The notes under the pieces: model-generated | Databases searched by the model: none | Told to the model about the DNA's origin: nothing | What the model saw: the letters and a program-made list of their open reading frames with translations, nothing else | Program-made: the position numbers and the translations under genes | Source: a virus | Taxonomy: Duplodnaviria > Caudoviricetes | Direction: 5' to 3' (one strand) | DNA length: 64,000 bases | Virus record (IMG/VR): IMGVR_UViG_3300021256_000057 | Span: 64,001-128,000 of that record | Shown here: positions 50,132-60,069 of the stretch, piece by piece | How positions within the stretch are numbered: the first letter of the stretch is position 1 | Layout: the number at the start of each line of letters is the position of its first letter

Positions 50132-51292
50132 TCAGAGCCGCAAATCGTTTCTGGAGCAGAGCTTACCGTGCTTACGCAGGAGATCCAGCAGTTCTGCTCT
50201 GATAGCTACATTCTCGATGTGGTCGAGGTTGTCCTTTACCACATCAAGGAAATCCTGCTCGAACTCATCCGTGGTATCGTTCTGGAACATCCTATAGATG
50301 TCAAAGGCCTCTCTGGAAGTTGTGAACACGCAGGAGAGATCCGCAATCAGGCAGGAGTAGGCGATGTTCTTATCGTTAGATACTTCTCGAACGCACTTTC
50401 TCCACTCATCGATGACCTTGTAGCAATCTGCAATATTGCTAACGCATGGTACAGCTCCGTGTGTACGGATACAAACAACTGCGTTTCTGTATCTTACCAT
50501 CTCCAGATAGTGGTCGCTCACATTGATATACCGGAGCACAGACTTTGCATCTCTATAAGCTGCGTTCTGCGCAGCTTTTAGGGCGTCCTTGTAGTAAGGA
50601 GAAGTAACAGGGATCACACACTCATCGGTCTCGAAATAATCAGTCATGCTGTCAGACCCGTTGGTTGGGTCCAGCTCAGCCGGGATGTGCCCATCATAAT
50701 CCTTTGCATGGAGCTGGATCGGGCTCTTGTCATCGGTGCATCTATACCAGCATCGGATGATGTTACCACCATCTACCTTGATGCCGTTGTAGTAGAACTT
50801 GATACCCTTCTTCTTGTCGCTCATCTTCGGAGCTGCACAGTCCGCACCAGACCTCATGAGCCGATTTACTACACCTTGGTAGAAGTTGTACTTTCTCTGT
50901 TCCAGCTCTCTGTTGGCTTCATCGTAGTAGATTTTATCTTCCAGTCTGTCATGGATCATGATGCACTCTTTGTTGAAGTATTCTATGATACCATGAACGT
51001 TCTTGATGCCGACTACCTCGATCTTTGCGTTTGCCGCGTTCCACTGCTTTGCTTCTGCGTTCTTTGCATAGTTGTTGGTGTACGAGTGGATCGGCCAGAA
51101 GTTCGTCGTGTTCTTCGAGATCGCGAGACTTCCGTTCTTGCAGAGCCTATGCAGACACAAGTCAGACCCTCGATAGCCGGGTACTTCAGAGGAGTGTGCT
51201 ACGAAGTACAGGCCATTATCAGTCTTGAAGTAGGCACCTGTGATCTGCACCACATCGCCTACTCTGATTTCGTTTCCATTTTTGTCTTTCAT
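50132..51292 (-). CDS. multi-domain hypothetical protein (YopX-like N-terminus) ending DLRL
   Basis: MKDKNGNEIRVGDVV; IKFYYNGIKV..DSMTDYFE. Confidence 0.75.
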   Translation of the reverse strand: MKDKNGNEIRVGDVVQITGAYFKTDNGLYFVAHSSEVPGYRGSDLCLHRLCKNGSLAISKNTTNFWPIHSYTNNYAKNAEAKQWNAANAKIEVVGIKNVHGIIEYFNKECIMIHDRLEDKIYYDEANRELEQRKYNFYQGVVNRLMRSGADCAAPKMSDKKKGIKFYYNGIKVDGGNIIRCWYRCTDDKSPIQLHAKDYDGHIPAELDPTNGSDSMTDYFETDECVIPVTSPYYKDALKAAQNAAYRDAKSVLRYINVSDHYLEMVRYRNAVVCIRTHGAVPCVSNIADCYKVIDEWRKCVREVSNDKNIAYSCLIADLSCVFTTSREAFDIYRMFQNDTTDEFEQDFLDVVKDNLDHIENVAIRAELLDLLRKHGKLCSRNDLRL

Positions 51293-51304
51293 GATGATCT
51301 CCTT

Positions 51305-51757
51305 TCACTTATCGTACTCTTTCCAGCAATTGGGAAGAGGGCATATATCGATACGATTTTCTATAAGCGTGTATTTATTTCCATCTACGATCGTTCTGTA
51401 ATAATAGTTCCGACCATCATCAGACGCATACTTAGCAAACTTCTCGAACCAGTACCGCTGTTTGTATGTCATGAACTGGTTGTGACGAAGATCCTTGCAG
51501 AATGCTCTGAACCACTCGTTCTTTGGCTGATTTGCGGTTGACAGGTAGCACACGAGTTTCCGCCTTGGTGCAATCATCGCATTGCGAAATGAGCACGCTT
51601 CCTGATCCAATTTAGCCCAGATGCCGTTATCCTCCACAGCATCTGCACGTTCTTGCATGAGGTTATATTCCTTTTCCATGCGTTCGATGTCTTTCTTGAT
51701 CTTTGCTTTGCTCATCATGTATATCACCACCACTCTATTCATATAACGATTTCTCAT
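51305..51757 (-). CDS. hypothetical protein
   Basis: Probable start near 51718. Confidence 0.65.
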   Translation of the reverse strand: MRNRYMNRVVVIYMMSKAKIKKDIERMEKEYNLMQERADAVEDNGIWAKLDQEACSFRNAMIAPRRKLVCYLSTANQPKNEWFRAFCKDLRHNQFMTYKQRYWFEKFAKYASDDGRNYYYRTIVDGNKYTLIENRIDICPLPNCWKEYDK

Positions 51758-51908
51758 ATTTGGTATTTGACTTGTATCTTTTGGTTATCTATAACCTTCT
51801 ATTATAGTATAGCACAAATCATATCATTTGTCAATGCATATCAACCCATTTGATATGCTTTTCAAAGAAAATCGACGGTTTGCACAATTTCCATCAAATG
51901 ATATTATT
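51757..51908 (-). repeat. diverged promoter/leader repeat, copy 2
   Basis: See 46090..46242; TTGACA-17-TATACT at 51806-51834. Confidence 0.8.
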
Positions 51909-51953
51909 CAGATAAAAGATGATGCCCCAGAGTATGTTTCTCTGGGGCAATTG

Positions 51954-54020
51954 TTACTTCATGATGATACTGATTTGTTTCCATAGAGCAGATGCGGTAT
52001 TTTGTCTTGATTGAGATTCTCTATCTATATTTGCTGGTACTTCAAACTTACGGACAAATACATCTGCGGCCTCTCTCGCCCCCTGTTCTGTATTTGCTAC
52101 TGTAACAAGTTTCGCAAGCACTCTATCTTTATATGAGCCGTTGAGTTCATACCATAGATAATTTAACTGTCCTGTTAGGTTGTTTGCCCAGTCAGACCCG
52201 GCCATAGACTTCATAGCTGTACCTCGTTCATAATGCCACTGGCATATACCAAATGATGTAGGTACTCCACCTTGATAGTCTCCCTTGGATTCAGGATTGA
52301 ATGAGCTTTCATGCTTGATATTAGCGGCGATAGCGATACTAGCAGCGGCGTTAAGCCCCTTACTCAATAGGAACTGTACGATTATCTTGCAATTCTGATT
52401 CTGCATAGCATCTAGGGATACTGTATTGCTGTTGTCTGTACCAATGGAAGATAGGTCAGCTCCGCCGATAGATACGCCACTGAATGCACCACTAGATAGT
52501 GCTGTAGTATAGTTTATCACAGATACTCGGATATTAGAAATCTTTGCCACGGTCAGTGCATTATCATCAATGTATCCGAACTCACGAACGATCGCATCTT
52601 CTTTTGTACACATCGTAGTGTATAGCGGCTGTACAGCTCCGGCATCCCCATATACATCAAAGATATCACCATCTTCGCTACTGTCCTGCACGTCCTCCCA
52701 CTTTGGCCGATAGTATGCACATATCTTCTTATCACTTTTGCTGTAGTCGCGTTCTACGACCTTACCCCCATTATCACCTTCGACAACATGGACAGTATTA
52801 TTATTCTTTACAGACAGTACGATAGCAACTTTATCGCATTCATATGTAGAGTAGTCTTGTCCGATTTTAGTTCTCAGCATCATCAGATCTCCTACTTTCG
52901 GAGATGTCTTTGATGTGATCCACGATCCTATCTTGCTATGCTCTGCGTTTTTACCTATATCACTAGGGCAATTTGACATCGGTATCGCTTTGCCTAGTAA
53001 ATCATTCTTTTTAGCGCAAGCCATTACATATTTGCAGGACCAAGGCTCTGTTGTTCGATACCCACCTATCTGACTTGCTATAAATGAAGCATAGTCCTTG
53101 ATGTGTTCTAGTGCAGTTTGTGTGAAGTTGGATACTTTATTTGTTGGTTGACCTCCGCCAGGATTGTAGATAAAGCCCTGGAAATGAAACTTGCTACTCC
53201 ATGTATAGAGCGGTGGTTTCAGCGTCTGCATATAAAATCTTTTACCTTGCCATGCAGAATTTGATGTTTCAATCGTACCATCTGGGTATACTTTCTCAAC
53301 GATAGCTACATGCCCAGCTCCACCATCTTTGCTCCAGCAAGCTACAGCACCAAGTCTAGGTGTTTTACCCCGTTCATATCCATCTTGAGTATAGCTTATC
53401 CATGTACCTGCATTATGCCATGACAATTTGCACTTTGTTACGCCCATAATCTCCATAAATCGTCCATATGCGTATCCGACACAGTTACCAGTCAGCTCTC
53501 CGTTCTCAAGGGTCATCATGTGTGTCTCTGGTTCTACAGCACAATATACTTTCTTAGTCCGCCTTGTCTCCTTTATATGATCTACCATGATAAACAAGTT
53601 ATACTTTGAATATCGGATAGCCATACCTCGAACGAGATCTACTGTCTCAACGATATGCCAATTTACCCGGTCATCATCAAATATGACCCACCGATGATTA
53701 CCAGAACACTTGTAAACTGATCCATTCTGAAGATGAACTTCATATATCTTCTGCTTACCAAAACAAGATACAGTTGCATCTCGCATAACTCCATCCATAG
53801 TTGGTATCTTTATCTGAAGCCCCTCTAACTTCTTCAAAGGGAAAACTCCCTTATCGGTCTGTATCTTTGTATCTCCTGTAAAACAGTTTGGTAGGACAGA
53901 TCCAGAAGATGCGCTTGCGTGCCACCCAAGGATGCATGGGCTATATCCGCCCTTTGATTGCTGTATCCATAATTTATTTGTATATCCTGGGTCAGTTGTT
54001 CTAGGTACAAAAGCCATCAT
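51954..54020 (-). CDS. virion-associated lysin: intein-split CHAP, second CHAP-like region, phage tail lysozyme domain
   Basis: LPN|C..GHVAIVE..SNS; ANIKHESSFNP..GICQW...F..KFEVP. Confidence 0.85.
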   Translation of the reverse strand: MMAFVPRTTDPGYTNKLWIQQSKGGYSPCILGWHASASSGSVLPNCFTGDTKIQTDKGVFPLKKLEGLQIKIPTMDGVMRDATVSCFGKQKIYEVHLQNGSVYKCSGNHRWVIFDDDRVNWHIVETVDLVRGMAIRYSKYNLFIMVDHIKETRRTKKVYCAVEPETHMMTLENGELTGNCVGYAYGRFMEIMGVTKCKLSWHNAGTWISYTQDGYERGKTPRLGAVACWSKDGGAGHVAIVEKVYPDGTIETSNSAWQGKRFYMQTLKPPLYTWSSKFHFQGFIYNPGGGQPTNKVSNFTQTALEHIKDYASFIASQIGGYRTTEPWSCKYVMACAKKNDLLGKAIPMSNCPSDIGKNAEHSKIGSWITSKTSPKVGDLMMLRTKIGQDYSTYECDKVAIVLSVKNNNTVHVVEGDNGGKVVERDYSKSDKKICAYYRPKWEDVQDSSEDGDIFDVYGDAGAVQPLYTTMCTKEDAIVREFGYIDDNALTVAKISNIRVSVINYTTALSSGAFSGVSIGGADLSSIGTDNSNTVSLDAMQNQNCKIIVQFLLSKGLNAAASIAIAANIKHESSFNPESKGDYQGGVPTSFGICQWHYERGTAMKSMAGSDWANNLTGQLNYLWYELNGSYKDRVLAKLVTVANTEQGAREAADVFVRKFEVPANIDRESQSRQNTASALWKQISIIMK
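53484..53885 (-). mobile_element. mini-intein (134 aa, no homing endonuclease)
   Basis: Block A CFTGDT, block B SGNH, block F VYC, block G LTGN|C. Confidence 0.88.
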
Positions 54021-54082
54021 ATCACCTCAATATATTCAAGATCGGAGCTGCCCAACTCTATCGGACAGCTCCGTGTCGCCTA

Positions 54083-56359
54083 TCATTTCAATCCGCTCCA
54101 TTTACCGTGATTTGTAACACTTGCTACCTTTTTACCTTTCCACCCTGTTAGGTCGATGACGGTAGACTGGTCTGTTGCATATGCGGATGAGCCATTTTTC
54201 TCCCACTCTATGATGTCGATCTTACCGCCGTAAAGATGACCCCATGATGTAGGTGCATCTGCCCCTTTTGAATCCGCCATAATAGCAGTAAACTTTGTGC
54301 CATCTTCTAGTGTAATGGTCAATAGATCTCCTGTAATTCCAAACCGAGGAACCATCGCCAATAGATAATGTCCAGAAATTGTAGCTATATTTCGACTGCT
54401 TGGACGTCCCTGAGAGTTCCAAATATCAGCAAGCTGTCTTTGAACAGTACGCGCTTTCCACTTCGGATACCAATAACTATAGTTAGTATAGTTTTCTGCA
54501 ACACCTTTCTGATCGACATTTGCAGGAATTGTAACTGTAGTTCCTCCTGCTGGTGGTGTTGTATCATACACCATACCCTCAGTAGGATAATAACCAGTTA
54601 TCGTATGGGATTCCACATCAGATGGATCAAGCATAAAGAACTCTGGATATAGGAGCTGTTCAACTTCTGATATCTCCTCTACATGCTCTACCATCCACCA
54701 GTAGAAGTCCTCTTTCCACTCGTCCCACGAAATAGTTGCTATCTGATCTCGGTCTACATAGAAGCCCATCTTACTTACAAGACCGAGTTTTGTCAATCTC
54801 TCCTTGTATGTCTTGATGATGCTGTCATTCATCGTTTTATCCTCTTCCTTGAATGCAAATGTAAGCCAGCATCCGAGAGGAGGTGTATATTTCTGTATGA
54901 TGAACTGTAGCTCTTGCAGTTCTGCCTTGGCTTCATCTACATTTCTAGCTCGAATATCAAAATACAGAGCATAGGGCATCTCAGCATCTTTAGCAAGTTT
55001 CACTTGTTCATCTATCTTCGGATTTCTATATCGAGCTACTACCATATGGGATTTATCATATAAAAAGCCGCCCTCTATCATGAGAGCTACGACTTTTATC
55101 TCTTTGAGCTTGTCTATATCTATATCTTCACTCTTGCGGTCTATAGTAGCGATATAAGGAGTAAATGTAGTCCAATCTACATTGACAGCTCCGCCGAATG
55201 CAGCTCCGAACGCGGTTAGTCCGTTTAGGCCAGCAGTCGTTGTATAGCCACCAGCAGTATATCTAAATGCAGTAAACCACTTATCGTTATAGTAGTTATG
55301 TACCCAAACTTCCCAGCCTGTCTGATCTCCCTCTTTACCGCCATGTGCTCCCTTAAACTCGTTCTGAGATGCTTCGACAAGTTGCCCATCTCCAACATAC
55401 ATTGCTGTATGCCCATGAGCTAACAGCACATCGCCTCTAATTAGATTTGCATAACTAGATGGATTGAAATTAGGAACATATGAGAAACCAGTCTTTATGA
55501 AAATGGCTTCCATATTTCTTGTATTTGAGGCATGATTTGTTTTAACAGGAACACCTGCGTTCTCATATGCCGATATCACAAGAGATGAGCAGTCATAATC
55601 TGGACCCCATCGTGAGCCCTGGTCATATCCGTGAGAATCATCGTTTGCTATATTGATAGCCCACTGTACTGCATACTCTACTTTTGTTATCTGTGTAACA
55701 GGTGGATAGTAGGCTACACCAGATGTAGGATTGCTACCACCAGCAGTAGCACCATAGTCATAATCAAGATCTACGTTCCCATGTATGCCTGGAATAGTCC
55801 CTCTCTCTGAATACTGCCACATGCAGTATGTTCCTTTTTTATAGTAGGAAGGAGAACTGCCTCCGAACTGTGCGACCCACACCTTGTATCCAGTCAATAG
55901 ATCATTTGAAAAGAAATCGTTCAGTGCAGATGCGTTAGAATATAAGCCAAGGTTTCTAACACCAGACATTTTCATCGTATTGAAAAACGCCCTTGTATTA
56001 TTTGAGACTCTATCTGCACCAAGGCTAATTAGTTTGTGAGGGTTCGGATTTTTCCCTCCAACATCCTCCACATCATAGAAGATAGGATACTCAAATGTTT
56101 TACCTCGAATCGCATTTAAGCAGGCGGATGCTTCTTTCACGCATCCTGCCTCATTTGATGCTTGACAGAACCAATATATACCGCATGGTATATGATACTG
56201 TTTACAACTCGCGTATGAGGCTTCAAATTTAGGGTCAGTAGATGTACCATACCCAGCTTGTATGATCACAAATTGAACTTTTCCAGACGAAACGACCTGT
56301 TGCCAGTTGATAGGTCTATCATAATTGTGTTTAGAGATATCTATACCCATCAATGCCAT
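54083..56359 (-). CDS. virion-associated lysin: GH25 + NlpC/P60 + degenerate GH25-like + C-terminal domain
   Basis: GIDISKHN, FYDVED, WQYS; YDCSSLV..GHTAMY. Confidence 0.85.
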   Translation of the reverse strand: MALMGIDISKHNYDRPINWQQVVSSGKVQFVIIQAGYGTSTDPKFEASYASCKQYHIPCGIYWFCQASNEAGCVKEASACLNAIRGKTFEYPIFYDVEDVGGKNPNPHKLISLGADRVSNNTRAFFNTMKMSGVRNLGLYSNASALNDFFSNDLLTGYKVWVAQFGGSSPSYYKKGTYCMWQYSERGTIPGIHGNVDLDYDYGATAGGSNPTSGVAYYPPVTQITKVEYAVQWAINIANDDSHGYDQGSRWGPDYDCSSLVISAYENAGVPVKTNHASNTRNMEAIFIKTGFSYVPNFNPSSYANLIRGDVLLAHGHTAMYVGDGQLVEASQNEFKGAHGGKEGDQTGWEVWVHNYYNDKWFTAFRYTAGGYTTTAGLNGLTAFGAAFGGAVNVDWTTFTPYIATIDRKSEDIDIDKLKEIKVVALMIEGGFLYDKSHMVVARYRNPKIDEQVKLAKDAEMPYALYFDIRARNVDEAKAELQELQFIIQKYTPPLGCWLTFAFKEEDKTMNDSIIKTYKERLTKLGLVSKMGFYVDRDQIATISWDEWKEDFYWWMVEHVEEISEVEQLLYPEFFMLDPSDVESHTITGYYPTEGMVYDTTPPAGGTTVTIPANVDQKGVAENYTNYSYWYPKWKARTVQRQLADIWNSQGRPSSRNIATISGHYLLAMVPRFGITGDLLTITLEDGTKFTAIMADSKGADAPTSWGHLYGGKIDIIEWEKNGSSAYATDQSTVIDLTGWKGKKVASVTNHGKWSGLK

Positions 56360-56374
56360 GATCGGACAGCTCCC

Positions 56375-56890
56375 TTACTTCTCCATTGTCTCAAAGATCT
56401 CTACAGCATCATTGTATCCTAGGTCTCGAAGTTCACGGCACATAAGAGTGATAGCTTCTGCGTATCGATACTTCTTTGGACAGAAGTCCTTTATCCGCTT
56501 CATCTCTTCAGTGAACTTTGTTGTATCTCTCGGAGCTGTACGAATATCTGTTGATGGCTCTGTCAGTATAACGATCGAAGCAGCAGATGTGCCTGTTTCA
56601 TATATGCCTCTATCTAGGATGATTATGCCGCCATCATTTGTTAGATGGTCCTCCAAACGTTCCTCTATCAAGGACAAAGCAGTTTGAAATACATCCGTAT
56701 CTGAAGGAGATGGTGTCTTGTTTAGAGGCCGAGCCTGCATGTACTTGACCATGATATCAAAAACAAATCGTTCACATGCATCTTTAGCGGATCGGATGTC
56801 GTGGTCATTATCTACTGCATAGCAAAACGTCTCTTCTTTCTGATAGTTTGTAAACGCACCTTTAGGTGTGATCTTTATTGTGATCTTCAT
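56375..56890 (-). CDS. hypothetical protein
   Basis: ORF with SD GGAGTGA. Confidence 0.65.
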   Translation of the reverse strand: MKITIKITPKGAFTNYQKEETFCYAVDNDHDIRSAKDACERFVFDIMVKYMQARPLNKTPSPSDTDVFQTALSLIEERLEDHLTNDGGIIILDRGIYETGTSAASIVILTEPSTDIRTAPRDTTKFTEEMKRIKDFCPKKYRYAEAITLMCRELRDLGYNDAVEIFETMEK

Positions 56891-56894
56891 GTTA

Positions 56895-57356
56895 TCACTC
56901 CATTCGCAATTCGTTCTTGATGTACTTTGTAGGATCCTGCTTATAAAAGGTGCTAGACCCTATTCTTACAGGAAAATGCTTGTCACCCACACTTTTTGAT
57001 AAAAGTTCTACATGAACATATTTAGAAGCATGACCAATGCGATATCGCATTTGAAGTGCATCGTTCAGCTCCACGTTGATATCTTTCAGATGCATATAGC
57101 GGAACAGATGCTCACCATCGTACTGTATGGTCACACCGAATAAGCCATCACCATCTTTGAGAATAGAGACCACAACGCCATTGCACATCGTACAGACATC
57201 ATCAGTCTTTACATCTACGCCTAGATGCTTTGATGACCATGGAGTTATGATCTCTATCGGTTCAAATGACAGCATAGAATATGAGATTTTCATTTTCTTC
57301 TTATCCCACCATGAAGTTTGTAGACAGATGCTCAAAGTTAGGATACATCGTACCAA
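56895..57356 (-). CDS. M23-peptidase-like protein
   Basis: HLGVD, YMHL, HVE, DP motifs; probable start 57293. Confidence 0.65.
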   Translation of the reverse strand: MVRCILTLSICLQTSWWDKKKMKISYSMLSFEPIEIITPWSSKHLGVDVKTDDVCTMCNGVVVSILKDGDGLFGVTIQYDGEHLFRYMHLKDINVELNDALQMRYRIGHASKYVHVELLSKSVGDKHFPVRIGSSTFYKQDPTKYIKNELRME

Positions 57357-58761
57357 AGTCTACTTTATATGGAGTAATGATATTATTTGTTTTCTCGGAG
57401 CTGCCCACGAATGTCCGCCTACCAGATACATAAATCCCTTGTGTAGAAGCGACCGCATTTGCGTTACTGATAACAAGTCTCTGTAGCTTCAAAGAGGTGA
57501 TAAATGTATTTGATATCGTATGTGTTACGGACATGATGTTGTATACGCCCGTAACAGGAGATATGCTATTCCCTGACATCACAAGGAGAGAAACAGGCTG
57601 TGCCAGCTCGAAATTCTTTACAGTACCAACTATCTGCACAGTAAAGTCACCGCTAAACTGTGTAGCAAGTGCATTGATGTCATTGATGATGTTGGATGCC
57701 TGATAGGTATCTGCTACGGAGCTGGACCAGGAGTTTACGACCTCCCAATCTCTTGTGATATCTTGACCGCTGCCATCTACAGCAAATCCAACTTGTGTAA
57801 AGTTCATATCAGACAGATTATAAGCAACACCATCATAATTACCGCTCATAGTCAGGATATTTGTATTTGATGTACCATATTCTAGCAGCTCTAGTCCCTG
57901 CCCTGTCTGAAGCGCAGCAGATGATTTATAGTGGATGATACCAGGAGAAGTCATCGTCGGCTCTTCTACCCAGTATGAGAATGAAGTACACTGAGGAGCT
58001 GTATCTGCATTACTGTGCCTCAAATACTCATTTACTGGTGTTACGGAATGATTATTCAGCACACTATTCAAAGAATGGTATCCGTACCGTAGGCCAGCGG
58101 CATCTCTAGATGCACTATAAGACCGTGACAGTTTTATCAATCCAGGGAACTGATCATAGTCGTCCTTTGTAGAATAAGTGCCACGAATATAAGAATTGAA
58201 ACTTGTCGTTAAGTTACCATGCGATATTAGTGTAGGTGCATCATTGTGATCTATATCTAGCTCATAATAATAGTTGGCCTTTACCGCCTTTGCAAGAGCT
58301 TCAGCGACCGCAGATGGTTGTACAAACCCAGATAGTGCTGGTATACGCAAAACAGGCATACTGCTCTGTACAGACAAAGTAGCAAAGCCTTTTATCGTAT
58401 ACCTCATATACAGACCATCCGTTGATACCTTGAATGTAAGGGTAAACCCTTGATATGATCTATACTCTAATACATTACCAAAGTCATCTAACCAACCGAA
58501 TGCAAAGGATACTGGGATACCGCTGGAATTAGGATATCTGCTTGCGTCTTGTGCTGCACTATATATCAATGCTTCAAACGATGATGCATTTACCCCTCTT
58601 GAAGCATCTCCACCTACGATGCAAGCTAGTGTGAATGAGGTCATGGAGGTTATCTCACTATTGGACAGCTCCAAGGATGTGAATGGAGAGGGTATCAATA
58701 GACCATAGTCAGTAAGAGATACCCCAGCCAATGTAAAATTACAAAATGCTGTTTTCTTCAC
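57301..58761 (-). CDS. putative baseplate hub protein (gp27/GpD-like)
   Basis: C-terminal G.Y.I.SV.H.I...F.T.L.L.R pattern; context. Confidence 0.6.
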   Translation of the reverse strand: MKKTAFCNFTLAGVSLTDYGLLIPSPFTSLELSNSEITSMTSFTLACIVGGDASRGVNASSFEALIYSAAQDASRYPNSSGIPVSFAFGWLDDFGNVLEYRSYQGFTLTFKVSTDGLYMRYTIKGFATLSVQSSMPVLRIPALSGFVQPSAVAEALAKAVKANYYYELDIDHNDAPTLISHGNLTTSFNSYIRGTYSTKDDYDQFPGLIKLSRSYSASRDAAGLRYGYHSLNSVLNNHSVTPVNEYLRHSNADTAPQCTSFSYWVEEPTMTSPGIIHYKSSAALQTGQGLELLEYGTSNTNILTMSGNYDGVAYNLSDMNFTQVGFAVDGSGQDITRDWEVVNSWSSSVADTYQASNIINDINALATQFSGDFTVQIVGTVKNFELAQPVSLLVMSGNSISPVTGVYNIMSVTHTISNTFITSLKLQRLVISNANAVASTQGIYVSGRRTFVGSSEKTNNIITPYKVDFGTMYPNFEHLSTNFMVG

Positions 58762-59220
58762 ATCGTCAGCTCCTTCTACCTTATTATAACGAGTTGAAAA
58801 AAAGAAATGGTGATAAGCACGTTATATGCCTATCACCATTATATAAGGTTTAATACAAATCACGTTCAGATATAAATCAATGAGGTATTCACATGAGTGC
58901 TCGATCCTATTTTCAAATCTTGATGTGTGCCAATTCTGACACATTCAATTACGTTGTCAACTATTCTATAAATCAGGACAAGGTCCCCCTTGATATGAAT
59001 TGTATTACAAACCCCATAGGAATGCCCATTTCAAGAATACGAATAAGCATGTGCCTGATACCCGCCTGGTAGATCTCTAATATTAGGAGTTCTTCTTATA
59101 ACATCGATTCTTTCTGATAGTTTAGTAAGATTCTCATGTGCTCCAAGTAATTGAAGTATGTCTTTCTAATACAATGAAGTGCATCGAATCTGCATGTACG
59201 AATCTGAATATTGCCTTTTC

Positions 59221-59448
59221 TTACTTGAGTAAATCTTCAATGGAATCACCATACATTTCATATCTCGTTTGGATAGCTTTCATCATATCAGCAGCACTGT
59301 TATATGGGCCAAATGTGAAGTCAGGATCTGCAAGTGCAGCTCTGTATTCTTCTACGGTCATTGGTACAGGATTATTATAAGCCATCCCAAATATCTTTTT
59401 CATCTCTGCGATTTTATCTGCATCTGACATGCCAATGAACTTTTTCAT
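59221..59448 (-). CDS. hypothetical protein
   Basis: SD GGGGGTGG. Confidence 0.55.
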   Translation of the reverse strand: MKKFIGMSDADKIAEMKKIFGMAYNNPVPMTVEEYRAALADPDFTFGPYNSAADMMKAIQTRYEMYGDSIEDLLK

Positions 59449-59466
59449 AAGACCACCCCCATAAAT

Positions 59467-59889
59467 CTACATGTATTTTAGAAGCTCTTTTACTGAAAAC
59501 GGCATCTCATGTTTAGTATCTTCTGGAATCAACTGCGCTATCTCTTCTACTGAGTAACGACAGTTGTTCTTAATGGCCTCAAACATTGCATACTGTATGT
59601 CCTTAACTATTTCACTATGGGAGCTGCACCAATCGTGTACAGTGTGCTTCAGCGAATCAAGAGCAACTATTTCATCATGAGGCCTCTTCTTCCAGGAAAA
59701 AGCTGCATATGCTTTTTGCGCTGTTTTATACCCAAATCCCTGTGCATCGTCAAACACTTCTCCAGTATCGCTATCTATGATGATATATCGATACTCCGTA
59801 TAGAAGTCTTGTGTCTTTTCAAGACGAATGACTTTTACATTCTCAGGTACAGGACGGTTGTATCCAGTATATGGCTTTTTCTTTCTCAT
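59467..59889 (-). CDS. hypothetical protein
   Basis: DDAQGFGYKTAQKAYAA motif; upstream TAGACA-17-TATAAT. Confidence 0.7.
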   Translation of the reverse strand: MRKKKPYTGYNRPVPENVKVIRLEKTQDFYTEYRYIIIDSDTGEVFDDAQGFGYKTAQKAYAAFSWKKRPHDEIVALDSLKHTVHDWCSSHSEIVKDIQYAMFEAIKNNCRYSVEEIAQLIPEDTKHEMPFSVKELLKYM

Positions 59890-60069
59890 AGTGCCTACCC
59901 TCTTAATTATAGCACGATTGATTCACCATGTCTATACACACAATGCACAAATACCACTCGGATAGTTGTGCATTGTGTAACAGTCTATTTTACTCGTAGA
60001 TAGTTCCGCAGAGCGTAAGCTCGGATTTACCAAGCTCGGAGCTGAAGTTATTGTCTGCTGTATATGGCA

